From positions 74,050 through 138,049 of the forward strand of contig JBOEGD010000027.1 of NCBI GenBank assembly GCA_050633245.1: a stretch of DNA of 64,000 bases, read 5' to 3'. Of this stretch, positions 19,416-29,735 are shown one piece after another; position 1 is the stretch's first letter; the number at the start of each line of letters is the position of its first letter. The translations under genes and the position numbers were made by a program. The notes under the pieces are model-generated. The model was not told where the DNA came from and made no database searches. It saw only the letters and a program-made list of their open reading frames with translations. This DNA comes from Calditrichia bacterium. GTDB lineage: Bacteria > Calditrichota > Calditrichia > RBG-13-44-9 > J075.

Positions 19416-20246
19416 TTATTCCCAGCCTTTTAGCTGAAAAAAGCCGGCACGATTTAATACATCGCGGGAATAGTCCCGACCGGTCGTGTAGAAATCGACA
19501 TCGCGTCCATCGCGAATTGCCCGAAGCACATTACCCGGTCCGGCATTGTAGGCAGCCAGGGTCCCACGTAACAGCTCTCGTCCGGTAAGATCGGTTCGAC
19601 GCTTCAGAAAGCGCTCTGAATCAGCAAGAACAGTTCCGGCATACTTTATGTTTTCCTCTGCAATCATCCACTGATCTCCTCGTGCAAATTCGTGAAAATC
19701 AAAGTCTATCTGCATAAGGCCCCGGCCGAACCCATGCCCGTCCGGAGGTGTAGAACCATTGCGATGAGCCGTAGGATGATTGTTACGATGACTGTGATCG
19801 CCACTTCCACCGGGTCCCTTCGGGCGTAAAATAAGTCCCCAGTGAGATTCACGGGAGCCAATTCCACCGATGACCGAGATCTGATACCCGTGCATCAGCT
19901 GCACATCATCAATAAACGGCTTGTATTTGCTTGCTTCCAGAAACTGATCCGTCATCGAGCGGTCATTTCGGGCAATCGTTGTATCAAAGATAGTATCCAA
20001 TACCGGCTCCGGCTGGCCAAGCAAAGCTGCCCAGGTAACCGGTCCAACCAAACCATCGTCGTCCAGACCTAAATCGCGCTGCACGCGTTTAATAGCATCT
20101 TCAGTGCCCCTGCCAAAAAATCCGTCTGCCGTAATATTGAAGCCACGTGCCCGAAGCAATTCCTGCAATTCTTTTACTTCATCACGCAAATGTGGTGACG
20201 TATGATCGAATCCATCATTTAGTCTCAGAATAGGTCTGCTGCTCAT
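19416..20246 (-). CDS. peptidoglycan-binding domain (PG_binding_1) protein with C-terminal lysozyme-like or cell-wall hydrolase-like region
   Basis: GFFGRGTEDAIKRVQRDLGLDDDGLVGPVTWAALL is a PG_binding_1 repeat; the rest is soluble with no TM helix. Confidence 0.5.
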   Translation of the reverse strand: MSSRPILRLNDGFDHTSPHLRDEVKELQELLRARGFNITADGFFGRGTEDAIKRVQRDLGLDDDGLVGPVTWAALLGQPEPVLDTIFDTTIARNDRSMTDQFLEASKYKPFIDDVQLMHGYQISVIGGIGSRESHWGLILRPKGPGGSGDHSHRNNHPTAHRNGSTPPDGHGFGRGLMQIDFDFHEFARGDQWMIAEENIKYAGTVLADSERFLKRRTDLTGRELLRGTLAAYNAGPGNVLRAIRDGRDVDFYTTGRDYSRDVLNRAGFFQLKGWE

Positions 20247-20401
20247 GAAAAGATCTCCTGTCCGTTCTTAGGTAGCTCAGCAATTTTGCAAAGCAAATAT
20301 GTTAATAGGAGTAGAATAGATGGTGTATTTTTCTCAAACATACACATAAGACGCCGCGATTTCAATGTTCGCGGTCATATTCATTGGAAAAACAGTAAAA
20401 A

Positions 20402-21304
20402 TTATGCAGGCTTGGCCGGATTTTCTTGCCGGTAGCGTTTATACAGAACCTGGACAATACCATCAGCAAGACCAACCTGGGGAACGTAGATCTTATTGAT
20501 GTCTGCCCACTTCATCACATCGATATAAATGCGTGAGGCAGGAATAATAACATCAGCGCGATCGGGTCGCAATCCAAGCAGGCGGATTCGATCTTCATAC
20601 GTGTAGGCATTTATCAGTTTGTCAATCAGCTTTAGTTCGTTCAGACTAACCGGCTTGTGTTCTTTTTTGTTCGCCAAGCGAAACAGCTTGTTAATATTAC
20701 CACCACTTCCAATGGCACGCAATCCGGTTGTCCCCTCGGTGTGCTGCATTACCCAGTTTTTCATGTCTTTCCACCGACTGTCCGGAACCTTGTCTTTTAA
20801 GAGTCGCACGGTTCCAATCTTAAACGATTTTGAAACCACGCTGTTCTTCCGTGTAAACAATGTCAGCTCGGTGCTACCGCCGCCGACGTCGATATAAAGG
20901 TAACCTCTTTTGGGATTTAGCTGAGCAACAACATTGTTGGAGTAAATAATTTCGGCTTCCAGCTTACCATCAATAATTTGTAAATCGAGTCCGGTTTTTT
21001 TGCGTATTTCAGCAACAATGTCTGCGCCGTTTTTTGCCTCTCGCATAGCAGAAGTAGCACAAGCCATATAGTTTAGCGGGCCATACGCATCAATCAAATG
21101 TTTAAATCCACTCATGGTTTCAATAAGCATCTTGGCCTTATCAGGAGATATCTTGCGGTCGACAAAGGCATCCTCACCAAGACGAACAGGCATACGAATA
21201 AGCGATTCCTTTTTTGACCAGCTCTCGCCGTCTTTTTCAAAAACACGCGTCAATAACAAGCGTACGGCATTCGATCCGATATCAATGGCAGCAAACTTTA
21301 GCAT
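20402..21304 (-). CDS. ppx: Ppx/GppA-family exopolyphosphatase
   Basis: N-terminal AAIDIGSNAVRLLL, the actin-like fold motif of Ppx/GppA; 300 aa. Confidence 0.8.
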   Translation of the reverse strand: MLKFAAIDIGSNAVRLLLTRVFEKDGESWSKKESLIRMPVRLGEDAFVDRKISPDKAKMLIETMSGFKHLIDAYGPLNYMACATSAMREAKNGADIVAEIRKKTGLDLQIIDGKLEAEIIYSNNVVAQLNPKRGYLYIDVGGGSTELTLFTRKNSVVSKSFKIGTVRLLKDKVPDSRWKDMKNWVMQHTEGTTGLRAIGSGGNINKLFRLANKKEHKPVSLNELKLIDKLINAYTYEDRIRLLGLRPDRADVIIPASRIYIDVMKWADINKIYVPQVGLADGIVQVLYKRYRQENPAKPA

Positions 21305-21351
21305 GAGGTGCCCCGAGTAATGTGTCTATTTGATGATTTGATATGACTTGC

Positions 21352-23451
21352 TTAGCCGGCCTTCAGTGACGAGTCAGAGTCCGAGTCAGTTGGAAGCTGG
21401 ATGCTCAGTTTTTCCTCAAAATAGCGATACAGTTTCGTTTGCGCACGAACCGGCAATCGATTCTTATGCTTGCGATAACGATTCTGTAGATCACTGTCTA
21501 ACAGGCGTGATTTACAGTTGTCGCTCCAGTGAATCTCCATAAAGTCGCGAATCTCACGCTGAACGAGCGGATCATAAATCGGACAGGCCACTTCCACACG
21601 CGTATCGAGGTTTCGCGGCATCCAGTCGGCGGAAGTAAGAAAATAGCGTTCTTCTCCCCCGTTGCAAAAAACCATAATTCTGGAGTGCTCAAGATATTGA
21701 TCGACCATACCTGTCGCTTCCATATTCCCCTTCAAACGCGGTTGGTCTACGACGGCAGAAAACATTCCGCGAACCATCAGGCGAACTTTTACGCCAGCCT
21801 CTGCGGCCTTGTATAGCTTTTTTATCATCTTCGGATCTGTCAGGTTATTCAGCTTCAGAAAGATCCATGCCGGACGGTCATTCTTTGCGTTCACAATTTC
21901 GGTATTTATCATCGCAATCAATTTCTTTCGCATGTTGAATGGCGAAACAAACAAATGGCGATAGATATCAATTTTATAGCTGCTTTCAAGAAAGTCGAAT
22001 ACCTTACGCACTTCGCCTGTCAATCTGGCATCACAGGTAAACAACGTATGATCACTGTAAACCTTCGCAGTCGATTCATTATAGTTTCCAGTGCCGATAC
22101 ACAGATAGTTCGACTTCTGTTTACCTATTTTGCGGCTTATCAGAATAAGCTTAGCGTGAACTTTAAGCCCTTGCAGTCCGTGGACGACTTTAACGCCCTC
22201 TTCACGCAGCTTTTGAGACCACGCAATATTTGCCTGTTCATCGAAGCGAGCCTGTAGTTCCATCGTCACCTTAACCGACTTGCCATTTTTCGCAGCATTG
22301 ATTAGCGCATTAATCACGTTCGAATCGCTGGCAACACGATATAGCGTAATTCGGATTGTAGTGACATAAGGATCAATCGCCGCCTCGCGCAGTAAATCCA
22401 AAACATAGTTAAATGACTGATAAGGATAAGTCAGCAAAATATCCTGCTGATCGATTGCACGAAAAAGGCTGTGATTGCGATCGATTAGCGGATGCGGCAA
22501 TGGTGGTTGCGCTTTATTGATTAAATTAGCTGAACCGATTTTCGGAAAGCGCATAAAGTCTTTGAAATTATGATAGCGGGAGCCGGGAATAAGGTCGGAA
22601 TCCTTTTTATTCAGCTTCATCTTCTTCAGCAGGAAATCCAGGAACTCTGCAGGAATCTTGCTGTCAAAAATAAAGCGAACCGGCTTACCCTGTTTACGCT
22701 TCTTCAGGCTTTGATGAACCTTAGCCAGAAAACTTTGCGAGATGTCATCATCCATCTCGAGTTCTGCGTCACGCGTTAACTTAATCGTATAGGCTTCATA
22801 CGTATCGAAGTCGAACATGGAAAAGATGTTACCCAGTGAAAAGCGAATCACATCATCCAGAAGCATCAGATATTGATCATTTTTATTCTGAGGAAGCAGC
22901 ACAAACCGCGGACATGAATCAGGCACCTCGATAACAGCATATTGATTTACATCGGGCTTCTCGCTGTGACTCATCCTGACCGCCAGATAAATAGCGTGAT
23001 CTTTCAGCAAAGGAATTTCGCTGAGCTGGTCGAGCATAATCGGCACCAAAGCCGGGCGCACACGAGTACGAAAATAATCTGATATATACTGCTGCTGCTT
23101 AGCATTCAGGCCCGTTTCATCGATGATAAATATCTTCTCACGCTCAAGCTCTTTAATGATCGTCAGATAGATTCGATCAAAGTCCTGCTGCTGTTCCAGA
23201 ACAATACGATGAATGTCCTTCAAAACCTTAGTCGGATCTTGCCCTATTACTTTGGCAGCTCGTGTACCAAGTTTGGTAAGGCGCTTTAAGGTAGCAACAC
23301 GGACGCGAAAAAATTCATCGAGATTCGACGAGAAAATGCCGAGGAACTTGATCCGTTCGATCAGTGGTACAGAAGTATCGGAAGCCTCCTGAAGAAGACG
23401 TGCATTAAATGACAGCCAGCTTAATTCTTTATTGCGAATATTCATTGGCAC
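21352..23451 (-). CDS. ppk1: polyphosphate kinase 1
   Basis: 699 aa; N-terminus MPMNIRNKELSWLSFNARLLQEA is typical of PPK1; length and layout match a four-domain PPK1. Confidence 0.85.
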   Translation of the reverse strand: MPMNIRNKELSWLSFNARLLQEASDTSVPLIERIKFLGIFSSNLDEFFRVRVATLKRLTKLGTRAAKVIGQDPTKVLKDIHRIVLEQQQDFDRIYLTIIKELEREKIFIIDETGLNAKQQQYISDYFRTRVRPALVPIMLDQLSEIPLLKDHAIYLAVRMSHSEKPDVNQYAVIEVPDSCPRFVLLPQNKNDQYLMLLDDVIRFSLGNIFSMFDFDTYEAYTIKLTRDAELEMDDDISQSFLAKVHQSLKKRKQGKPVRFIFDSKIPAEFLDFLLKKMKLNKKDSDLIPGSRYHNFKDFMRFPKIGSANLINKAQPPLPHPLIDRNHSLFRAIDQQDILLTYPYQSFNYVLDLLREAAIDPYVTTIRITLYRVASDSNVINALINAAKNGKSVKVTMELQARFDEQANIAWSQKLREEGVKVVHGLQGLKVHAKLILISRKIGKQKSNYLCIGTGNYNESTAKVYSDHTLFTCDARLTGEVRKVFDFLESSYKIDIYRHLFVSPFNMRKKLIAMINTEIVNAKNDRPAWIFLKLNNLTDPKMIKKLYKAAEAGVKVRLMVRGMFSAVVDQPRLKGNMEATGMVDQYLEHSRIMVFCNGGEERYFLTSADWMPRNLDTRVEVACPIYDPLVQREIRDFMEIHWSDNCKSRLLDSDLQNRYRKHKNRLPVRAQTKLYRYFEEKLSIQLPTDSDSDSSLKAG

Positions 23452-23692
23452 TCAAACCATAGTTTAGTCTGGAATAATTATTATTAATCGACTGGTTTTG
23501 CCAGCGACTTAACGGATTATCCCTGCTGACAATAGTTAGCGATGTTGTGTACGGATTCGGGAAGACAATACATACTGGTCGTAAAACACAGCATATCAAT
23601 TAATAAAGACCTTAGACAAAAATAGACAGTATCTTGCCAAAAGGGATGTCTTAGATCAATGTAAGAAAAAAAAACAAATAATGTAAGAGCCA

Positions 23693-24472
23693 TTACTCGT
23701 TGCTCATGCGCTGCGCAACCTCCTGCCACAGCAAACGATAGGAATTCGCTGCTGCCGAGCGTGGTGCAAAGTCTGATACTGGCCTCCGTTCCACTCCCAT
23801 ACGTTCAACAACTGAACTGTTGAGGATTTGGTTTTCCAAAAAACGTGCATCACCAGTGCTTAAACTGGTAACAATTTCTTTGTGCAGCTTCCGACGTCTA
23901 TCAACCATGGAAAAGAAGGGCATCACTTTGAGCCCCGAATAGGTTCTCTTGCCAAGAAACTGGTTGAGCTGCTCGAAGGTTCTCGCCGCAAGCGTTGTTG
24001 GAACGATTGGCACAATAAGACCATCACAAGCCTCAAAGATGTTTTCAGCTAACACGCTTAAACTCGGAGGGCAATCCAGAATAATCACTTCATAATCCTT
24101 ACGAAAAGGCTTCAAAAAGGCCTTAAGGCGCGTCGTTGACTTTTCTTCCTTAGCCAGCTTTGTATCCAGCTTGCGAAACGAGGTCTCTGCAGGCAATAGA
24201 TCCAATCCTGCATAGTCGGTTCCACGAACATGTTTCCAGGCAGATGTTTTTCCTTTGGCAATTCCTTTTGCTCCGGGAGCAAAGTTGGGCTTTATCCGAA
24301 AGTAATAAGTCGCAGCACTCTGTGGATCTAAATCGACCAATAAAGTGGGCACTTCCAGGCCAGCTTGATAAGCAAGGTTTACAGCCGTTGCCGTTTTTCC
24401 TACACCGCCTTTAGATTGATAAACAGCTAATACACTCAACGTTATTCTCCGTGCAAAATCGTTTGTTGCCAA
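23693..24472 (-). CDS. ParA/MinD-family P-loop ATPase (orphan; no parB nearby)
   Basis: Deviant Walker A VYQSKGGVGKTATAVNLA; 259 aa. Confidence 0.8.
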   Translation of the reverse strand: MATNDFARRITLSVLAVYQSKGGVGKTATAVNLAYQAGLEVPTLLVDLDPQSAATYYFRIKPNFAPGAKGIAKGKTSAWKHVRGTDYAGLDLLPAETSFRKLDTKLAKEEKSTTRLKAFLKPFRKDYEVIILDCPPSLSVLAENIFEACDGLIVPIVPTTLAARTFEQLNQFLGKRTYSGLKVMPFFSMVDRRRKLHKEIVTSLSTGDARFLENQILNSSVVERMGVERRPVSDFAPRSAAANSYRLLWQEVAQRMSNE

Positions 24473-24492
24473 AGTATTATGGTGCGTAATTT

Positions 24493-26028
24493 TTATTGTT
24501 TAAAGCAAATGTGCTTCATATTTTGCAGCGTTTTTTTTCCCGCAAAATCCTTGAAAATCACGATAAACTTGCGTCGAATCTCCTGGTTACGCAAATGCAG
24601 TTGCCCCAAAAGACTACCTGAGGCTAATAGCGCGCGGCGCATTTTTACGCTCGAACCGGTTACACGTTGACCATAAGCAAGAAGCTCTTCCATTTGCACG
24701 CTGCCATCCTGAAAATCACCGAGGTTATTCTGCAGCTTTTTTAATGCCGTAATAAACGTGGTCATTTCCTCTTTGGGGAAAAGCGTCTGAAAGAACTCCA
24801 GCAGATAGCGCAGTTTTTTTGCATCTAAACGCAGATCATGCAGTTTTTTATCTGCAGACATTGCGGTAATTTTCATGCCGCGCTTTACGAGTCTTCGATA
24901 GTAAAACCAAATTCGACGTCGTGCCAGTGGCAATACTCCCTCCAGCGCCTCTATAGAGAGAACATCGGGCTGTTTCAACAGATACTGTTCCCACTCATCA
25001 AGAAAGTTTCGAAACCGAGTACTACGCAAATAGCGACTTAACTTTTGCTGTTCCAGTGCACGTTCTTCTGCTAAGGCAGTAAATAGGGGCGCAATGTCTT
25101 CCTGCATTTGCGGCAGCAGGTCAGCAATCATAGTTTCTTTTTCAAGCAGATAGACATCCAGATCGCGCAACCGGTTGGTGCGTTTGCCTAATGCAGCAAA
25201 TTTTTCAGAGTATTTATCATTGTCGCTAAGGGGCAAGATCCCTTTTAACTGAGATAATGCTGCGCGTGCACGGCGGACGGCTACACGAAAATCGTGCAAA
25301 AATTCGGTGTCTATATCCCTGCAGATGCCATCAACATTTTGCCGTAGCGCAAACAGATTTGGCAAGAGTAGCTCGTGAAGCGCCTCATGAGCATTCATCT
25401 CGGGCGTCAACATTGCAACTGGTGGTTTAGCAAGCGCCTCACCCGCTTGTTCTGTTAATAACAGCATCAGTGCCGAAGATTCTGGACGATGCGATGCGAC
25501 CTGATTCAGCACATCTTCGATTTTCTTCATTGAATTGTCGAAGCCACGGACGCCGGTTACCTGAAGCTCCGTAGCAATCGGAATTTTGCGACGACCCTGT
25601 TGGTTAAAATATTTCTTGATCCGTAGTCTGGCGACAATCTTGGCTCGCGCATCGCGTAACAGAAAAGCTGCTGCCTCTACAGTCCCACTTGCCTGAACAA
25701 GAAGTGCTCGCATTTCAATAATTGGCGCAACGAGCTTACGAAGGCCTCCGCGCGGCAGGTCCGTGGCAAAACACACCATTTCTGCAAGCTCAATTTCTGC
25801 CTCACAGTTCATGTTGCATACGCTCTGAAGACATAATAAATCGTTCTCATAACAAAGAAACATATCTTTCCGCAATATGCGAAAATCAAAGGTATCATAG
25901 AGCTGAATACTGGATTTCACTTTACCGTCAGTTACCACTTGAAAATGTGCCCTCATCTGCTGCAAAAGTTCAGTAGAGTCAGTCTCAGGTGTAAATAGGT
26001 AGGTGGTCTTTGGTTCTGAAGCCCTCAC
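24493..26028 (-). CDS. CHAD-domain protein (polyphosphate-granule-associated family); N-terminal ~200 aa of unclear type
   Basis: Two CHAD half-motifs: LHDFRVAVRRARAAL and KKLHDLRLDAKKLRYLLEFF. Confidence 0.65.
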   Translation of the reverse strand: MRASEPKTTYLFTPETDSTELLQQMRAHFQVVTDGKVKSSIQLYDTFDFRILRKDMFLCYENDLLCLQSVCNMNCEAEIELAEMVCFATDLPRGGLRKLVAPIIEMRALLVQASGTVEAAAFLLRDARAKIVARLRIKKYFNQQGRRKIPIATELQVTGVRGFDNSMKKIEDVLNQVASHRPESSALMLLLTEQAGEALAKPPVAMLTPEMNAHEALHELLLPNLFALRQNVDGICRDIDTEFLHDFRVAVRRARAALSQLKGILPLSDNDKYSEKFAALGKRTNRLRDLDVYLLEKETMIADLLPQMQEDIAPLFTALAEERALEQQKLSRYLRSTRFRNFLDEWEQYLLKQPDVLSIEALEGVLPLARRRIWFYYRRLVKRGMKITAMSADKKLHDLRLDAKKLRYLLEFFQTLFPKEEMTTFITALKKLQNNLGDFQDGSVQMEELLAYGQRVTGSSVKMRRALLASGSLLGQLHLRNQEIRRKFIVIFKDFAGKKTLQNMKHICFKQ

Positions 26029-26043
26029 GTAACATTCTCCGAG

Positions 26044-27528
26044 TTAAATTCTGGCTTCTATTGCGTCTATTACGGTTTTTAACGCTTTGATACGCGCATG
26101 CAGTTTGGAATTTCCTTCCAAAATTGTCCAGGGCGCCCAATCGGTGTTCGTTCGTATCAGCATTTCGTCAACAGCCGCTTTGTATGCCGGCCATTTCTTG
26201 CGATTACGCCAATCTTCGTCCGTAATTTTCCAGCGTTTGTGTGCCGTATTTTCACGCTCTTCAAAGCGGCGCAACTGCTCAGCTTTATCAATATGAATCC
26301 AAAACTTCACAACGATCGCTCCGGCATCAGTCAGTTGCTTTTCAGTCTCATTAATCTCGCCATACGCACGCCGCCACTCTGCTTCTTTCGCAAACGCTTC
26401 CACTCGCTCAACCAGAACACGCCCATACCAGGTTCTATCGAAAATAGCAATATGGCCATCCTTTGGGATTTCTTTCCAAAAGCGCCAGAGATAGTGATGT
26501 TTCTTTTCAAGCGGAGAAGGCGCAGCAATTGGTATCACATCAAACCCACGTGGGTCGAGGCGCTGTGTCAGTCGGCGGATATTACCTCCTTTTCCGGCAG
26601 CGTCCCAGCCTTCATACATGATAATAACCGGCAGGCGTCTTCGATACAGCTGGAATTCCAGGTTTCGCAATTTACCCTGATAGCGCTTTAACCGTTTATC
26701 ATACTCTTCTCGCTCAAGTGCTGGGGACAAATCAACCATATCGAGAGGTGATTTACCCACGGCTCGCGTCGCTTTTCGTGCTGAACGTGCCGTTGCGGCA
26801 CGGCGGCGAGCAGCTTTCTCGGATCGAATGCGCTTGGTAAGCTGGGCGATAACATGATTTAGCACGGCAATTGTTGCATAACGCCTGTCTTCGGCTGCCA
26901 CAACCTCCCACCCGGCATAGCTGGTGTCGGTCTCGGAAATTACGTTCTCCGCCGCATTGACATAATGTTTATAGTTGCGATGGTCTTTCCAATTATACTC
27001 GGTAATGCGCCAGGTTGTTGCAGGATTCGCATGCAGTTTTTTAAAACGCTTTTTCTGTTCTTTTTTCGAGATGTGCAGAAAGCATTTTACGATCAACGTG
27101 CCGTCATTGCGCAGCTGCTTCTCAAATTCATTTATATGTTCCAATGGTTGAAGTGCAGCCTTTTTCTTACCGCGCTTTTCAACGTGCTCGGTCATTATGC
27201 TGCCATACCAGCTGCGATCAAAAATAACCATCTGGCCTTTTGCTGGTAATCGATTCCAGAAGCGCCATAAAAAGGGTCGCAGGCGTTCTTCACGCGTCGG
27301 CTTGCGCGTGGTATGCACATTGTAATGTCGCGGATCGAGTGGCCGAATTATGCGATTGATAAGCTCGCCTTTGCCGGCGGCTTCCCATCCCTCGAGCAAC
27401 AAGATAACAGGAATGTCAAGTTCGATTGCTTCACGCTGTATCTTTGCCAGCTTTTTCTGAAGGCTGGCGTATTGATTGCGATAGTCTTCTCGAGGCAGTT
27501 TGAGGGACAAGTCAATTTCGTTGAACAT
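26044..27528 (-). CDS. ppk2: two-domain PPK2-family polyphosphate:nucleotide phosphotransferase (polyphosphate:AMP phosphotransferase-like)
   Basis: Two tandem PPK2 modules, each with a Walker A-like motif (LLLEGWEAAGKG and IMYEGWDAAGKGG); 494 aa. Confidence 0.8.
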   Translation of the reverse strand: MFNEIDLSLKLPREDYRNQYASLQKKLAKIQREAIELDIPVILLLEGWEAAGKGELINRIIRPLDPRHYNVHTTRKPTREERLRPFLWRFWNRLPAKGQMVIFDRSWYGSIMTEHVEKRGKKKAALQPLEHINEFEKQLRNDGTLIVKCFLHISKKEQKKRFKKLHANPATTWRITEYNWKDHRNYKHYVNAAENVISETDTSYAGWEVVAAEDRRYATIAVLNHVIAQLTKRIRSEKAARRRAATARSARKATRAVGKSPLDMVDLSPALEREEYDKRLKRYQGKLRNLEFQLYRRRLPVIIMYEGWDAAGKGGNIRRLTQRLDPRGFDVIPIAAPSPLEKKHHYLWRFWKEIPKDGHIAIFDRTWYGRVLVERVEAFAKEAEWRRAYGEINETEKQLTDAGAIVVKFWIHIDKAEQLRRFEERENTAHKRWKITDEDWRNRKKWPAYKAAVDEMLIRTNTDWAPWTILEGNSKLHARIKALKTVIDAIEARI

Positions 27529-27715
27529 CGCGGCTCCATTCAGGATTCATGGTGATGAATACTATAAAATACATCATTTTGCAACGTCAGTGCAATACCT
27601 GAATCACAGGCAACAGATTTAACTTACTATTTGGGCCGGATTTATGCAATCAGAGGCATGTTACAATAATGCAATACATAGTTGCCGGAACTAGCGAGAG
27701 ACTTGCTAAATTCGT

Positions 27716-27913
27716 TTATCTGATTGAAAGTAAACGAAAAAAGACAAATGTAAATAGAGCAATCGCTGGCAGGACAATCCATAGACTGTAGGTTCCCAAA
27801 GCAATCAGGGCAACTACCATCAAGGTAATAAAGGCAAATAAGCGGACACCCTGCCCTGTAGCATCCTGGATAAAACGTGTTTCAGCCTGGCGGACTTTAA
27901 TTGGCAAGGACAA
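27716..27913 (-). pseudogene. C-terminal fragment paralogous to the membrane protein at 28160..28867 (TTG start only); probable gene remnant
   Basis: LPIKVRQAETRFIQDATGQGVRLFAFI...GTYSLWIVLPAIALFTFVFF aligns with LPIAGKGVEEGFLTQAVGDGIKLLILL...GTYGFWIAIPATLLFIALFIYW from the C-terminus of the 235-aa protein; no ATG at the ORF start. Confidence 0.45.
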
Positions 27914-28159
27914 AAACTTCCAGGACTAGCAAAAATACCGTCAGGTAGAAAGTAAAAGACCAGCCCAGAGCAGATAAAAACTCAGAATGCCGACAATCAG
28001 AGATGTAACCCGTACCAGCGTAAGTTTATTACTCGCACTGTTGTATCGTCTTATAACAAGCGGTTCCATACCTATAGCCTTAACTTGACATTGCTTTTGT
28101 AACAGTCTGCACAAGTGGCAAATTGAGGATTGCTTTCATACCGACAGATCGAGCATTTT

Positions 28160-28867
28160 TCAGGAGGAACGAAGCCAATAAATGAACAATGCAATAAACA
28201 GCAATGTGGCTGGAATCGCAATCCAAAAGCCATACGTCCCAATCCCGATGGGCAAGAACAGTATTAGCATCAATAGTATAAGAAGCTTGATGCCATCTCC
28301 CACAGCCTGTGTTAAAAATCCCTCTTCAACCCCTTTTCCTGCTATTGGTAACTCAGAAACGTAAAGGTTTTGCTCCCTAAGGTAACTCAATAGTCTTCTA
28401 TACTCAGTCCATTTGCTACTAATATCAAGCAGCGTTTCACCCGCCTTATTGAGTATCCTGATATCATCACGGTACATAGGATCATCGTATTGGCTCAGAG
28501 GCCGTTGCACGAATATCAATTCAGAAAGATTGTATTCTTTACTTCGGGTCGGAAAGATCATATTCATTTTTCCTGGATCAAATTCAAGGCAACGCAATTG
28601 CCGATAGTACCTGAACGAAGAAATGATGAGGGCAAGAAGAATTGAGACAATAGTGATATAGAAAAATTGAATATTGGACTCAGTAGTACCATCGCCCCAG
28701 TAATAATAGGTGTAAAATTGAATATTGGACTCAGTAGTAAGATCAGGCCAATAATAAATGAGGCTAATAACATACCCGAACAAGTAAGCATGAGATAGGA
28801 ACTCAAGTAACAGCCTAAACCATGAGGATACACAAAATGTCTGATTTGTTTTTAGGTTTGCACACAT
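28160..28867 (-). CDS. membrane protein of unknown function (N-terminal TM, ~110-aa soluble domain, C-terminal TM hairpin) with an internal direct repeat
   Basis: 235-aa ORF in lower-GC DNA (about 38-42%); internal DNA direct repeat (aaattgaatattggactcagtagta x2) encodes TTESNIQF twice. Confidence 0.5.
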   Translation of the reverse strand: MCANLKTNQTFCVSSWFRLLLEFLSHAYLFGYVISLIYYWPDLTTESNIQFYTYYYWGDGTTESNIQFFYITIVSILLALIISSFRYYRQLRCLEFDPGKMNMIFPTRSKEYNLSELIFVQRPLSQYDDPMYRDDIRILNKAGETLLDISSKWTEYRRLLSYLREQNLYVSELPIAGKGVEEGFLTQAVGDGIKLLILLMLILFLPIGIGTYGFWIAIPATLLFIALFIYWLRSS

Positions 28868-28928
28868 CTCACACCTTTAGGATGAATAAATTTTCTGAAA
28901 TAAAGAACTTTGTATATTTGAGAATCTC

Positions 28929-29735
28929 TCAATCGATTTGACGTGAGATTATCTCATCTGAAGCGTCTGCAGTTAAGGATGGGTTATTCCTTTCGATCTG
29001 ATGGGCCATGGAAATTAGCATTAACGTAAGAGCGTAAAGAAAAAAGCCAACTAATATTAAGAAGAAAAATAGTTCTGGTGAAAATTGCGCGGCTATATAA
29101 AAGTATAAAAGTGGGAGTAGTAAGGAAGACAGTGCAACAATCCAATCCGGAAAGCGCATGATGATGCTAAAATTCTTCCGGTAGGCCAAATAGAAACTTT
29201 TAAACTTGAGATACATTTTGCTGCGCACAACCGGCTCATATATAGATGGGACTTCTATTAACTCCGTTTCCAGTAGGAACTGTAATCTTTGAACGTCATG
29301 CCACCTCTCGACGTCCACATTTACAACTTCCTTATTTTCTTCTCGGAATCTGAGAGTACGCAGTTTTCTACCCTCATCTTCTGTCAGATAAACCGCAGTT
29401 AAAGATGAGTATAAAAAGGTAGGCAGACCGTTAAACGACTTAACCGAGATTTCATCTCCATTAAACATTATCTTATAAGGCTTCATGGCATCTTTAATAG
29501 CCGGGACGACGTTCAAGCTTAGCAGGAAAAATAAGGCGCTGAGAAATGCCAAAGTGATTGGAATGGCAAAATCATCCTTACCGGGATTAGTTCCATCATA
29601 ACTACTCAAAAGCTCCTGCAGGGAAAGGAATGTAAGCGAGGTCATGCATATGAAAAAAAGCAATAAGTATATAGTAAGCAGCAGACTGCCACTTATGGGC
29701 AAATACTTGAAACGTTTAAAAATCTGGTGCTGCAT
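28929..29735 (-). CDS. membrane protein of unknown function (2 TM, soluble domain, 2 TM); same architecture as the neighbouring gene
   Basis: 268-aa ORF, lower GC, hydrophobic N- and C-terminal hairpins, no recognisable catalytic motif. Confidence 0.5.
   Translation of the reverse strand: MQHQIFKRFKYLPISGSLLLTIYLLLFFICMTSLTFLSLQELLSSYDGTNPGKDDFAIPITLAFLSALFFLLSLNVVPAIKDAMKPYKIMFNGDEISVKSFNGLPTFLYSSLTAVYLTEDEGRKLRTLRFREENKEVVNVDVERWHDVQRLQFLLETELIEVPSIYEPVVRSKMYLKFKSFYLAYRKNFSIIMRFPDWIVALSSLLLPLLYFYIAAQFSPELFFFLILVGFFLYALTLMLISMAHQIERNNPSLTADASDEIISRQID

Noticed and set aside
23517-23729. 70-aa ORF in the parA-ppk1 spacer
   Set aside because: No start context or motif, and it overlaps the parA 3' end. 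The region more likely holds an internal promoter or UTR.
24493-26028. Labelling the N-terminal half of the CHAD protein as a CYTH (triphosphate tunnel) domain
   Set aside because: The expected N-terminal ExExK signature is not visible, so only the CHAD domain is claimed.
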